A stretch of DNA of 64,000 bases from contig CM059434.1 of the NCBI GenBank assembly GCA_030390025.1, positions 60,326,001 to 60,390,000 of the forward strand, read 5' to 3'. Positions 37,231 to 50,011 of this stretch are shown in pieces. Below the pieces are notes generated by a model, which searched no databases, had not been told where the DNA came from, and saw only the letters and a list, made by a program, of their open reading frames with translations. The translations under genes and the position numbers were made by a program. This DNA comes from Squalus acanthias (taxonomy: Eukaryota). The stretch's first letter is position 1; each line of letters begins with the position of its first letter.

Positions 37231-37670
37231 TCAGTCGTGGCTCAGTTGGTCGCACTCTCACCTCTGAGTCAGAAGTTTGTGGGTTTAAGTCCCACTCAGA
37301 GACTTGAGCTCAAAATCTAGGCTGAGGGAGTGCTGCACTGTCAGAGGTGTCTTCTTTCGATGAGATGTTAAACAGAGGCCCCGTCTTCCCTCTTGGGTGG
37401 ACGTAAAAAATCCCTCGGTACTATTTGAAGAAGAGCAGGGAGAGTTGCCCTGGCCAATATTTATCCCTGAACCAACATCACTAAAACAGCTTTTTTAGCT
37501 CATTGTCACATTGCTGTTTGTGAGAGCTTGCTCTGCATAAATTGGCTTCCGCATGTCCTACATTACAACAGTGACAACACTTGAAAAGTACTTCATTGGC
37601 TGTAAAGCTATTTGGGACGTTCTGAGGTTGTAAAAGGCACTATAAATATAAATGCAAGTCTTTCTTACTT
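37231..37670 (+). mobile_element. Deu-type SINE, near full length
   Basis: A box TGGCTCAGTTGG, core and tail present. Confidence 0.9.
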
Positions 37671-38029
37671 TCAATGGAAAGAAAACTGCATATTTGCCAT
37701 TGTCTGTATAATATAAAACCAGTGAATCTCCTGTTGAGACAGCAGCGCTGATCAAAGCCAATTGCTTCATAGGAGTGGGATTGGGGTGGAAGATGATCGG
37801 AATTTGTAGTGAGACTGAGATTGGGGAAAAGAGGAATTGAACTAATTCGGAGAGTGTGTAAAAGAGTTTGAGAGAACAGGAAACCAGAGGACCGGGGATT
37901 GAAGATGAGGACAGGTGGGGTAGTGATGGGAGGAGTAGTCTGATCAGCACAGGTTCTGTTCGCTGTTCAGTGGTCTACAGATGGCTATTCAAAAAGTTGC
38001 ACAACGGCATTTGGACCTAGCCACTGACA

Positions 38030-38790
38030 CCTTCCCTTTCCCTGGTCACTGTCTGAGGCTGAACCAGTTCGCAACCTTGGTATCGTATTTGACCCGGAGA
38101 TGAGCTTCTGACCACATACCCGCTCCATCACTAAGACTGCCTATTTCCACCTCTGTAACATCACCCAACTCCACCCCTGCCTCAGCTCATCTACTGCTGA
38201 AACCCTCATCCATGCCTTTGTTACCTCTAGACTTGACTGTTCTAATGCTCTCCTGGACAGTCGTCCATCTTCCACCCTCCATAAACTTAAGCTCATCCAA
38301 AACTCTGCTGCCCGTATCCTAACTCGCACCAAGACCCGTTCACCCTTCACCCCTGTGCTCGCTGACCGACATTGTCTCCCGATCCGACAACACCTCAATT
38401 TTATCATTCTCATCCTTGTTTTCAAATTCCTCCATGGCCTCGCCCCTCCCTATCTCTGTAATCTCCTCCAACCCTACAAACCTCCTAGGTATCTGCTCTC
38501 CTCCAATTCTGGCCTCTTGCCTGATTTGAATTGCTCCACCATTGGCGGCCGTGCCTTCAGCTGCCTAGACCCTAAGTTCTGGAATTCCCTCCCTAAACCT
38601 CTCTGCCTCCAAACATCTCTCTCCTCCTTTAAGATGTTCCTTAAAACTTTCCTCTTTGACCAAGCTTTTGGTTATCTGTCTTAATATTTCCTAATGTGGC
38701 TCAGTGTCAACCTTTGTTAACGCTCCTGTGAAGTGCCTTGGGATATTTTACTATATTAAAGATACTATTTAAATGCAAGTTGTTGTCGTC
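38030..38790 (+). mobile_element. L2 LINE 3' portion
   Basis: ETLIHAFVTSRLDCSNALL...KLKLIQNSAARILTRTK...GGRAFS...WNSLP; tail AAATGCAAGTTGTTGT. Confidence 0.9.
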
Positions 38791-38929
38791 TTGGCAGCCA
38801 GGCACACTGGGCCTTTGCAGGGTACATTGTAATTTTATCAAATTAACTGTGCAATAATCGCAGAAGCGATGGGGAAAAGAGACCATGCAGAATCTCCATT
38901 TTTATTTTTTGTTGATGGTGGGGGGGAAC

Positions 38930-39165
38930 ATTTTTTACATCGAATTATGTAAAATGTACAGGACAGAAACAGGCCATTCAGCCCAACTGGTCCATGCTGG
39001 TGTTTATGCTCCACTCGAACCTCCTCCCACCCTCTTCATCGAACATTATCAGTATAACCTTCTAATCCTTTCTCCTTCATGTGTTTATCTAGCATCCCCT
39101 TAAATGCATCTATGCTCTCTCCACAGGCCTGCCTGCTGAGAGTTTCCAGCATTTTCTGTTTCTGT
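38930..39165. mobile_element. CR1 3' tail (minus strand) plus a short Penelope terminal fragment
   Basis: Reverse complement of 9020-9180, then CCTGCTGAGAGTTTCCAGCATTTTCTG. Confidence 0.65.
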
Positions 39166-39545
39166 CCCAGAATATGTCACTGTCTTCAGGAGGGGAGAGT
39201 GAGGAGAGAAAGTTTGATGCCTTTTTGTGGCTAACACCTTCTGCGTGCATTACAATAAAAGCCTGTCACCGATGGCAGCTGCATGTTGTAAATGCCTGAT
39301 CATAACTATTGTGGTTGAATGACACAACCTTAGTTGAGCTATTATTTTGGGAAGATAAAGAACAGCAGTCTGTTATTAGTGGACACATATCTGACAGCAG
39401 ACTGGCAGGATCATGACACAAACCAGTCTGCCGTTTAAACCTTGCATTGTGCAGCTTTCACTAATTGTCATGTAAGTGATATTAAGTAGATATTGATATT
39501 GTTCTGTGTATTCCTTCTGTACAAAGCAGACAGACAGAGTTAATA

Positions 39546-41620
39546 GAAAGACTTGCATTTATATAGCACCTTTCACAACCTCGAGACGTCCTGAAGTGCT
39601 TTACAACCAATTTAGTACTTTTGAAATGGAGGCCGCGATTTTGTTGACCGTGGCGGGCGAAGTCGGTGGCGGGTCCCGACCCTGCTTCTGGCTCCATCCC
39701 GCTGTCTGAAATGAATTTATCTTGATAGGGCTTGTTAAGCCCAACCAGCGCGTTTCCCGGCCAATTAGAGGATGTGGGTCTGGTGACGTCATTCGATGAT
39801 GCATCATCAGCTGGTTTCCTTAAAGGGACCATGGGCAACTTTAATTTGACATTTGTGCTGTCAGTGTTCTACAGCATTGAGGTGCTGCAAACACTGACAA
39901 TGACTGCACAGAGGTGCAGGGCTGCACCCAGGCTCTCCCATGACTCTCTCCATATGCTTATGGAGGGAGTCACAGCACGCAGGGAGTTCCTCTTCCCTTC
40001 CAATGGGTGGAAGAGACCTCCCCAGAAGATCAACACAGCCTGGTTGCACATTGCACAGGAGGGCACAAGCAGGAATGTAGTCAGGAGGACCTGGGTGCAG
40101 TGCCGCAAACATTTCAATGATCTCAGTAGATCACAAAACGTTAGTATAAAGCCGCACTCAACCTCATTCTGCTGTGCCTCTCATTACAGCCCCATCACTC
40201 TGCCTTCCCTACCCTACTCCTGCACATCCTTACTCACACCAACTTACCTTGGACCTCCACCCATCCCTCTCTATATTATCAGATCTCCATCTCACTAGCC
40301 ACCCCTCACACTCACCCTCATCCGAGTGCAATCATACCAACTAACATCACAAAAGGGTAGTCACTTGGGTGTTTTATGCAATGTTCAGGTAAAATTTCTG
40401 TTAATGTGGTGTCAAACATTGAAACCTTTATTTTCAGCACTTTGCGTCCTTAGACAGATTTGTGTGCACCTTTGGAAGTGGCTTAGTGAGTTGCAGTGAA
40501 TGGTGAGACATAAGGGTACCCCCCGCAATGGTGATGAGTGTGAAAGGAATGGCTTGGGCATTGTAGGGATGCTTTATGGTGTTGGTGTGAGGTGGTGCCA
40601 ACCTGGCGCATCATGTGGCAGCCAGTGTGTACAGCGTCAAGTGAAGTAAATCTGGCCATGGTGAGGCCATCCCTGTCCTCTCGGGCAGCAATGTGGTCGG
40701 GTGCTGATACCCTCTGTCCTGTGCAGCATCAGGTGATTGCGGAGAAGGTTGGTGTTGTTGTTGGTGCTGCTGGTGTGCCTGGTGCTGCTGGTGTTGGGGC
40801 TGATCGTGGTGGGATTCTGAGGACCAAGGTGAGAGAGTATAAAGGGTACCCATGCTGATGGAATAGATGGCAGGTGAAGTTGAGATGACAGAAGCAATCT
40901 GTCAATGGAGAGAGAGGTTGTTCCAGTGAGGTGACACTGGACAGAGAGTTTGCCCCGAACAATTGCAAACTGTATAAAGCTCAATCTGTCTTCCAAATGC
41001 AGTAAGCAACAACTTCTGAGCTTGGAAAGTGAAGAGCTGTGAGGTGGGAGCTTTTATAGCACATTTCATGCTGTCAAGTAATCAGCTGATTCAATGGCCA
41101 TTTATCTCCCGCCTCAGCTTAACAGACGTGATCCCCGAGCAGCGAGGACCCCATGGGTGAGCATGTAAAATCTAAAGCTAAGCTCAGATGTATTCTTAAT
41201 GATCTCTAAACAAGGTCATAATTACCTGAATTGGGTCCCCTGCCGCTGCATGTCGGGTCTGTTCAGCACTGACAGACCTGACATCGGGGAAAGACGCGTG
41301 GCGGCGGGTTCACAGTGGGGTCCCGGCCCGCTGGGGGAAAAAAACACTTTCTTACCCGACCTGCCACCGATCGTGCCTGCTGACCCCCTGGAAAATCTCT
41401 GTTGTAGGAAATTCAGCAGTGCCATTGGATCTTTTACAGCCACCTGAGAGTGCAGGCATCTCATCTGAAAGACGGCACCTTGACTGTGTAGCATCCCCTC
41501 TGTACTGCACTGAAGTGCTAACTTAGATCACATGTTCAAGTCTCTGGAGTGGGATTATGAACCCACAATCATCTGACTCAGAAGCAAGAGTGCTACCACC
41601 TGGGCCAAGGCTGACACTTA
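39546..41620 (-). mobile_element. Deu-type SINE split by a Harbinger derivative (39546-39629 and 41398-41620)
   Basis: Tail on the left of the insertion; core and head on the right. Confidence 0.75.
39630..41397. mobile_element. Harbinger deletion derivative (Myb exon 1 on plus, transposase remnant on minus)
   Basis: Left TIR GGCCGCGATTTT; Myb/SANT RAAPRLSHDSLHMLMEGVTARREFLFP...AWLHIA...RTWVQCRKHFNDL (39899-40140); minus-strand MGTLY...QHQQH joined to IAAREDRDGLTMARFT (40853-40640). Confidence 0.8.
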
Positions 41621-42312
41621 ATCTTCCATGTGAAGTATTTGTCCAGCTGGAACTGGTGAAGGGGCTCAAAGTAAAATAACTTGGAAAAGTAAGCAACAAG
41701 TCAGATATTAATTGTTTCAGTGGCCATTAATCATGCTGTGAATTAGATATCCAGGTTTGAGTTAACAAGCCTTTCTATAAATTAGCTCATTAAAAGAGCA
41801 GACTGTCACTATAGATCTCTTTCTGAAAGGAACTGTTAACCTGGGGGGGAGTGCATTGAGGGAATAAGGGAAGGGGGAAGGCATGAGTTGGTAAAATCCC
41901 TAAAAAACTTGCCCTTCCCCCACTTGACTTTTGATACTTCATTAAAAATAACAATAGCCCATTTTGTCGATACCAAACCTAATCTAATTGAATGGAATAA
42001 AAACAACAAATTCTGGAAATGAACATCAGGTTGCTTGGCATCCGAAAGCGAAAGATAAGTTCATGTTTTTGTCTCTATCAGATGTAGATCCAACCTACTG
42101 TGCATTTTCAGATTATATTTCAGATTTCCAACATTTGCAGTTTCTCTTTTTATCTCTGTCATTGCGTGAATTGGAAAAACCTGCAGAACATAATGTACAA
42201 CAGCAAAATCAGTATCTGCATAAACAACTGCACCTACAAAGCCACAGGTATTCAAATGGTGCTGGATGGGGCGGGAACCTGGTTCAGAAAAAACTGGTTG
42301 GAAATATCTATA

Positions 42313-42560
42313 ACAACAACTTGCATTTAAATAGCGCCTTTAATGTAGTAAAACGTTCAAAGTGCTTCACAAGAGCGTTATCAACCAAAATTTGACAGAG
42401 CCACATAAGGAGATATTAGAACAGATGAGCAAAACCTTGGTCGAAGAGGTAGGTTTTAAGGAGCGTCTTAAAGGAGGAGAGAGAAGCGGAGAGGTCTATG
42501 GATGGAATTCCAGAGCTTAGGGCCTAGACAGCCAATGGTGGGGCGAAGGAAATCGGGGAT
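42313..42560 (-). mobile_element. L2 3' end
   Basis: Reverse complement of 38540-38790. Confidence 0.85.
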
Positions 42561-42625
42561 GAAGGAGCTCTGCTGGATGGACCATTACTGACAAAGCTGC
42601 CAGACAAGAATGCTTGTGGCAAGAG

Positions 42626-42881
42626 TAGGGTTGCTAACCCTCCAGGAGCGTCCTGGAGTCTCCAGAAATGAATGATTGATGTCCTGGACACTGCTGCAAG
42701 CAACCCTGGAGAAAAATTAGAGTACCATTAAAAAATATTGCACCCTTCTGTTTATTAGTTAGTTATAAAAATATTGACAGATGGAGAAAAAAATGGCTAT
42801 TTGACAGACCAGGGCAGTTGGAGATGGGAGGTCATGTGATGAAACCTTCAGGAATATGTCCAGCCACAGTTGACAACCCGA
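42626..42881. mobile_element. hAT-Tip100-like MITE
   Basis: TIRs TAGGGTTGCTAAC / GTTGACAACCCGA; 8-bp TSD GGCAAGAG/GGCAAGGG. Confidence 0.8.
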
Positions 42882-42957
42882 GGCAAGGGAGGGACTAATG
42901 TCATCTGGAGATATCTTAAGAACCTTACTAGATCAGAGATTCTCTTATCAAAACTTT

Positions 42958-44045
42958 GGGCTAAAAATTGGAGAGCGCTGAAAACCTTCCGGTTCCACCA
43001 TGGGCCGGAGTTAACAACTGCCGAAATTATTAGCTCTGGATATTGGACCGGGATATTGGTGCTGGTTGCTAATTAACATTAGCCTAGCGCTAAACTCACT
43101 CTGTAAGGCCGGTTCTCCTGGCGGTAGTCCCAGCAACAGGCTCAATGTAGCCTGGCCGTAGCGTCATTGCAGCAAGAACAGCATTCTCTTAAAGTAAGAC
43201 TGTCATTTTAGAAATCAGTTCCTCTTAAAGGGGAACTGCCTTCTAAAATGAAAAAAAAAATCATTTAAAAATAGACAGTTTTTAGCCCTTAGAGCTCAAC
43301 TGCCTTCTGGAAAAAGAAACAACATTAAAAAGAATTCCCAAATGGCAGTCTTCAGCTCTTAAAGCTGAATTGCCTTCTGCACCTAAAAAAATGGTAAAAG
43401 TGCTTCAGCACTAACTTAAATGGCTCATAAAGCCAGGGAAGGGGCACCCAGGGTCTCACACGCAGCACTCCAGCTTTGTGCAGGGGGTCAACACTGCAAG
43501 AGAGGTCCTCTACCCACAGGGGCCAGGAGGCCCTCCAGAAAGATGTGGGACCACATCACCGAGGCGGTCACTGCCAGCAGTGTCATCCCCATGACCTGGC
43601 TCCAGTGCCCAAAGAAGCTTCATGACCTCAGACCAGTGGTCAAGGTCAGTGAATACATCTTCAAAAGCCGTCTCTCCAACCAACTGCACCACTAGCCTCA
43701 CACACTGCTCAATGCACGACACCACCCCCCACATCACTCACCTGCCAACAAGTGCTGACAGTGTCTCTGTCAGTCTGTTGCACGCTCGCTTTTCAGAGCG
43801 AGCTTAGGACCCAGCGCTAAACTCAGCACAAAGAACCATGTTCGCAGAGTGTGGCGTTAAGTTGGCGTTGCATGCTCTCCATATTTGCATGTCCAGGGCC
43901 AGCGCTGCTATCGGCAACACTATGGCCCTCTCCAAAATGGCGGCCGCTGAGTCCCGCGCCAGAGAAGGGCGTTAGAGCAGCGGCCACCTTTTTTTTCATG
44001 AAATTGGTGGTAACTCATGGTGGTAAGTAGCTGAATTTTTCCCCC
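42958..44045 (+). mobile_element. Harbinger derivative retaining Myb exon 1 (43420-43643)
   Basis: TIRs GGGCTAAAAATT / AATTTTTCCCCC; TSD TTT; peptide REGAPRVSHAAL...WDHITEAV...TWLQCPKKLHDLRPVVK|GTCAGT. Confidence 0.8.
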
Positions 44046-44167
44046 TTTAATTAGTAACTACAGGGTGACCAGAGGAGATCAGACTATGGACATCTTGGAA
44101 ACATGTCACTGACTGAGATTTGAAAGAAACATGAACGAATTGAGGATAAAGGTGCTGATTGGGTCTT

Positions 44168-44553
44168 GAAGACTTGCATTTATTCAGCGTCTTTCACGAC
44201 TTCAGGACATCCCAAAGTGCTTCACAGCCAATAAAGTACTTCTTGAAGTGTAGTCACTGTTGTAATGTAGGAAATACAGCAGCCAACTTTGCGCACAGCA
44301 AGGTTCCACAAACAGCAATGCGTTAATGACCAGATAATCTGTTTTTAGTGATATTGGTTGAGGGATAAATATTGGTCAGGACACCGGGAAGAACCCCCCT
44401 GCTCTTCTTCAAAATAGTGCCATCAGATTTTTTACGTTCATTTGAGAAGGCAGACCGGACTTCGGTTTAACATCTCACCTGAAAGACAACACCTCCGACA
44501 GTGCAGCACTACCTCAGTACTGCACTGAAATGTCAGCCCAGATTTTGTGCTCA
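44168..44553 (-). mobile_element. Deu-type SINE lacking the head
   Basis: Reverse complement of the consensus. Confidence 0.85.
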
Positions 44554-45087
44554 AGGGGAGCAAGGAGAGATTTTCCTCTGCCCTGCACCTGGGAAATCAG
44601 CATGCTAAAAGTTTGTGGGTAGTTTCCTCAATCCCTCCTATTTTCAATCCACTTTTAAATTAGTACACCTTTATGCTATAACTGGAGTATTCTTAATTGG
44701 ACAGATTCTTTTCTTTTAGCTCATGCTGCAATCAAATGTGGTAGTCTATTCTACCACATGCCCATGTCTGCTGCCCATCTCTGGAAGACAGACTCCTCAT
44801 CTGTGGCCAACTATGTAAGTGGAGGGAGGTGGAACTTGGAGATACACTGTACTGTATCCAAGTTGCTTATCCTGTTGGGAGATGATGGGTGACTCAAATG
44901 ACGTTCAGCTGACAATGCTTGGTTTTCTGCTCTTTTTATCGTCTCCAAGGCCCATGAAGAGATGCTTCCTTTCCATACAGTGCTCCATTCAAAGAACTGC
45001 CTGGCCACTATTGAGGCTCATCAAAGCTACTGCAAGCAAATCTGTGTGAAAGCCCTGACACTGAAATCTGATGGAGGTTACAAAAAG

Positions 45088-46195
45088 AGAATTTGCATTC
45101 ACATAGTGCCTTTCACATACTCTGGATGTCCCAGTGTGCTTCACAGCCAATGGATTACCTCTGAAATGTGGCCATTGTTATATTTCAAGTAAACATGACA
45201 GCCAACAAGGTTCCACAACCAACACATGTTTGGTTGAGGGAGGAATTTTGGTCAAGGCACCAGCAGAACTACCTGCTCTTCTTTGAAAAGTGCCATAAGG
45301 TCTTTTACTCCCACTTGACTAGGTAGATGAGATCTTGGTTTAACATCCAAACCAAATGCCTGCACATCTGACAATGCAGCACTCCCTTCGTACTGCGCAG
45401 AATAGTGCCATAGGATTTTTTACAACCATCTGAGTGGGTAGACAGAGCTTAGTTTAATGTCTCATCTGACAAGGCAGCACTCCCTCAAGGTTCCTGTGTT
45501 CCTATGTTCCCTCAATACTGCACTGAAGTTTTATCCTGGATTTTTTTAGGTCAATTTGAACTGGCAGAAACCAGGTGGAGGAGCAGTTAAAATGGGGTGG
45601 GGAGGCTCCTTCCCCACCCCGATCTGGGCGACTGCAATTTTAAATTGCAGGCAGCAAGGGCACCCTCACCAAGCCAGCGGGGTCCTTGTTAGATATGCAG
45701 ATCGGACTCCGATGATGTCGTCGGGGCCCGATCTGCGATTTTAACTGAGGCTTGAGTGGGGGAGCAGTGTGGGCTTCCCCACCAAGCCAAACCTGCTGGG
45801 AGCAGGAGCCAGGGCCAGAAGAAGCTCAGAAAAGTACGTTTTTAAAAGTTACATTTTTTTTTGTGGGCCAGGCCACACATGGAAACTTTCAGCCTCCCCA
45901 GCACCGGGCTTCCTCCCACTCCTCGCCCGACCAGGACTTCCTGATTTTAACAGCCGGGCAGGCACTTCCCGCTGACTTCTGGGCTGTTTTGGTTGGGAAG
46001 TCGGCAAGCGGCATGTTAATGAGGCCCAGCAGTTAACATTGGCTGAGCCTGTCTGCTACAGCTCTCGGACAGGCCAACCACTCACTAGGCCGTGTCCCCA
46101 CCCAGGAGTTAATGTTTTCGTCACTGAGTTGGACTTGAACCCACAACCTTCATGACTTAAATACAAGGGGGTTACGAGTGAGCTAAGCTGACAGT
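45088..46195 (-). mobile_element. Degraded Deu-type SINE(s) interrupted by a MITE-like insertion (about 45548-46120)
   Basis: SINE tail and core at 45088-45545, head at 46125-46195, with a GC-rich insert between them. Confidence 0.6.
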
Positions 46196-46884
46196 GAAAG
46201 GTGGTGTTGGGTGAATAACCAATGATGTAGCCCTGAGCGCTGGTCAGGGGCAACTGCCTGCACTACTAAATATCCAGCAGTTTTTACGGTTGTCTTAGTG
46301 AACAAGTATATTTATGTTAAAATGAATTTTTACCTTTCTGTCTCAAATGCTGAAAATGTCAGCTTGTTCCATGATTTATTACAACCTTCTGTAACTAATA
46401 GAATATGTGACCAATCTATCAGTCAGTCACTTGTTTCCTGGAATATTCTGGTTGGGTTTTGACAGGCCACTGAATGTCATACAGAAGGGCAGCTGTTGTT
46501 CCATAGACATTGGTAAATATTGGGATCCCTGTTGTGTAATGTGACAGCATGCAAATGAAGTGCCGATGATGTTAAGAGGAAGCATGTAGCAATTGCTCTT
46601 TGTAGTAGGTCTTCCTGTTCATTACTAGAATCCTGTTCTCTATTAACAACCATTTTGATCACAGAGTGATAAACCTAACTGGGAACTAACACGCCCATCT
46701 TGTCTTGCCAGAGAAAGGATTTGGTTATGATCTGGATATACTTGCCTTTTGTTGCAAGCTGCAGCTTTAACACAATGCAGAGGAACATGTTAAGGTTTAT
46801 TGTAAGGAGCAGTGATGTGAACACAGAAGGGCAAAATAATTGTGGATGCAAAGGTGGAGCGAGTTTATAATAAAAGCAAAATAC

Positions 46885-48870
46885 GGAGGAGCAGGGGCAG
46901 CACCAGGCGTACCTAAAAATGCAGTGCCAACCTGGGGAAGCTGCAACACAGGACTACATGCATGCTAAACAGCGGAAGCAGCATGCTCTAGACAGGGCTA
47001 AGCGATCCCACAATCAATGGATCAGATCAAAGCTCTGCAGTCCTGCCACATCCAGTCGTGAATGGTGGTGGACCATTAAACAACTAACGGGAGGGGGAGG
47101 CTCCATGAATATCCCCATCCTCAATGATGGTGGAGCCCAGCATGTGAGTGCAAAAGACAAAGCTGAAGCGTTTGCAACCATCTTCAGCCAGAAGTGCTGA
47201 GTGGATGATCCATATCGGCCTCCTCCTGAGGTCCCCACCATCACAGAAGCCAGTCTTCAGCCACGTGATATCAAGAAACGGCTGAGCGCACTGGATACGG
47301 CAAAGGCTATGGGCCCCGACAACATCCAGGCTGTCGTGCTGAAGACTTATGCTCCCGAACTAGCTGCGCCTCTAGCCAAGCTGTTCTAGTACAGCTACAA
47401 CACTGGCATCTATCCGACAATGTGGAAAACTGCCCAGGTATGTCCTGTCCACAAATATGGGACAAATCCAATCCGGCCAATTACCGCCCCATTAGTCTAC
47501 TCTCAATCATCAGTGAAGTGATGGAAGGTGTCGTCGACAGTGCTATCAAGCAGCACTTACTCACCAATAACCTGCTCACTGATGCTCAGTTTGGGTTCCG
47601 CCAGGACCACTCGGCTCCAGACCTCATTACAGCCTTGGTCCAAACATGGACAAAGGAGCTGAATTCCAGAGGTGAGGTGACAGTGGCTGCCCTTGACATT
47701 AAGGCAGCATTTGACCGAGTGTGGCATCAAGGAGCCCTAGCAAAACTGAAGTCAATGGGAATTGGGGTGGGGGGGGGAGGGCGGGGGAGAAACTCTCCAC
47801 TGGCTGGAGTCATACCTAGCACAAAGGAAGATGGTTGTGGTGGTTGGAGGTCAATCATCACAGCTCCAGGACATCGCTGCAGGAGTTCCTCAGGGCAGTG
47901 TCCTAGGCCCAACTATCTTCAGCTGCTTCATCAATGACCTTCCTTCCATCATAAGGTCAGAAGTGGGGATGTTTGCTGATGACTGCACAGTGTTCAGCGC
48001 CATTCGCAATTCCTCAGATAATGAAGCAGTCCATGCCTGCATGCAACAAGACCTGGACGACATTCAGGCTTGGGCTGATAAGTGGCAGGTAACATTCGTG
48101 CCACACAAGTGCCAGGCAATGACTAACTCCAACCAAGCAAGCGTCTAACCACCGCCCCTTGACATTCAACTGCATTACCATCGCAGAATCCCTCACCATC
48201 AACATCCTGGGGGTCACCATTGACCAGAAACTTAACTGGACAAGCCACATAAATACTGCGGCTACAAGAACAGGTCAGAGGTTGGGTATTCTGTGGTGAG
48301 TGTCTCACCTCTTGACTCCCCAAAGCCTTTCCACCATCTACAAGACACAAGTCAGGAATGTGATGGGATACTCTCCATTTGCCTGGATGAGTGCAGCTCC
48401 AACAACACTCAAGAAGCTTGACACCATCCAGGACAAAACAGCCCACTTGATTGGCACCCCATCCACCATCTCAACCATTCACTCCCTCCACCACTGGCGT
48501 ACCGTGGCTGCAGTGTGTACCATCTACAAGATACACTGCAGCAACTCACCAAGGCTTCTTCGGCAGCACCTCCCAAACCCACGACTTCTTCCACCTAGAA
48601 GGACAAGGGCAGCAGGCGCATGGGAACACCACCACCTCCAAATTCCCCTCCAAGTCACATCCTGACTTGTAAGTATATCGCCGATCCTTCATCGTCGCTG
48701 GGTCAAAATCCTGGAACTCCCTCCCAAACAGCACTGTGGGAGTACCTTCACCACACGGACTGCAGCAGTTCAAGAAGGCGGCTCACCACCACCTTCTCAA
48801 GGGCAATTAGTGATGGGCAATAAATGCTGCCTTTACCAGCGACGCCCACATCCCATAACGAATGAAAAAA
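46885..48870 (+). mobile_element. LINE family A, 5'-truncated, with a full but disrupted RT domain
   Basis: NPANYRPISLLS, QFGFR, ALDIKAAFDRVWH, GVPQGSVLGP, GMFADD; intact 3' tail. Confidence 0.92.
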
Positions 48871-49869
48871 ATATGATTGGTCAGCAAGAAACTGGAAGGA
48901 GTTTACCTGCCTTTATGTGGTGTGGACTGGCAGCGGCTGTAGTTTTAATCCAGATTTACAGTAGGCTCTGAAATGGCAAAAAATGCACTAAATTGTCAAA
49001 AATCAAAATTTTCTGAAGGGGGACGATGCCCATAGGTCCAGCTAGAAAATAAATCTCATGTTTTCAGCAATCACATTTCTCTTCAATAATTTCTACATCC
49101 TGTAGGCTGTGTCCTGCTGTATTTTTAGTCTAACCCGTTGTCTTCACATATCATGCAGTATATTTTTTTTTTGCGGGGCTGTGTCCTTTTTTTTAAAACA
49201 GTTGGTCAGCCTTTGCTGGCTTTTTAGGTTGGTGTGTGTGCAGTATGGCATGACTGAAATTGGGAGCTCAGTAATATGGGGAATCACGGATAGAAAACCC
49301 ACAGCCCATCACTTCACGGTGCAGTATATCATAGTGTTCCTAAGAGTGGTCCTTAATTAAGATGTTAGTTGGGATTGTGGGCCTCGACACAAGGTTAGTG
49401 AACAAGACTGCCCTATAATACAGAGACTGGACTAATAAACAAAGGAAACCGAAAGCTGGAGGCCAGATTGTCGTGAGCACCTCAAATTGAAGTTAATAGG
49501 CTGTAAGGTTATTTGTTTTCACTTGTCCAGGACGAGTTTTCGCTAGAATGAATCCACTGATTCATTGTTGGTATAACCTTCAATTCCAAGGGGATGAAAA
49601 GAAGCCTGAACATATTTGAGGAATAGAGTTTGAACACAGTCGTGTGAAAACAGATGGTGGAACGGTTAGGGTATTGGGCATGCTTGACATGCAGCCTGTG
49701 CAATAATATTTCCGTTTTCCGAATCAACCAAGGCGAAGAGAAAAATTGATGACAGTTGCTTTCTAGACCTTTAGACCAGGTTCTGAATGATTTTCAAACT
49801 AGATGTAAAGTCAATTTAGAAGCTATGTGCTTTAAAGGATTAGTGTTATCAGTTGCCTGACTTCCATTG

Positions 49870-49999
49870 ACTTCACCTGATGAAGGAGCAGCGCTCCGAA
49901 AGCTTGTGATTTCAAATAAAACTGTTGGACTATAACCTGGTGTTGTGTGACTTCTCACATTTGTCCACCCCAGTCCAACACCGGCATCTCCACATCATG
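49870..49999 (+). mobile_element. 130-bp Penelope pLTR-derived insertion with a minimal hammerhead ribozyme
   Basis: TCAC-CTGATGA-A-GGAGCAGCGCTCC-GAAA-GCTT-GTGA; 7-bp TSD TCCATTG (49863-49869 and 50000-50006). Confidence 0.8.
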
Positions 50000-50011
50000 T
50001 CCATTGTTTTG

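Noticed and set aside
49531-49663. Plus-strand exon with an in-frame TGA (selenocysteine or pseudo-exon)
   Set aside because: All three frames contain stops, the peptide is not recognisable, and there is no SECIS evidence.
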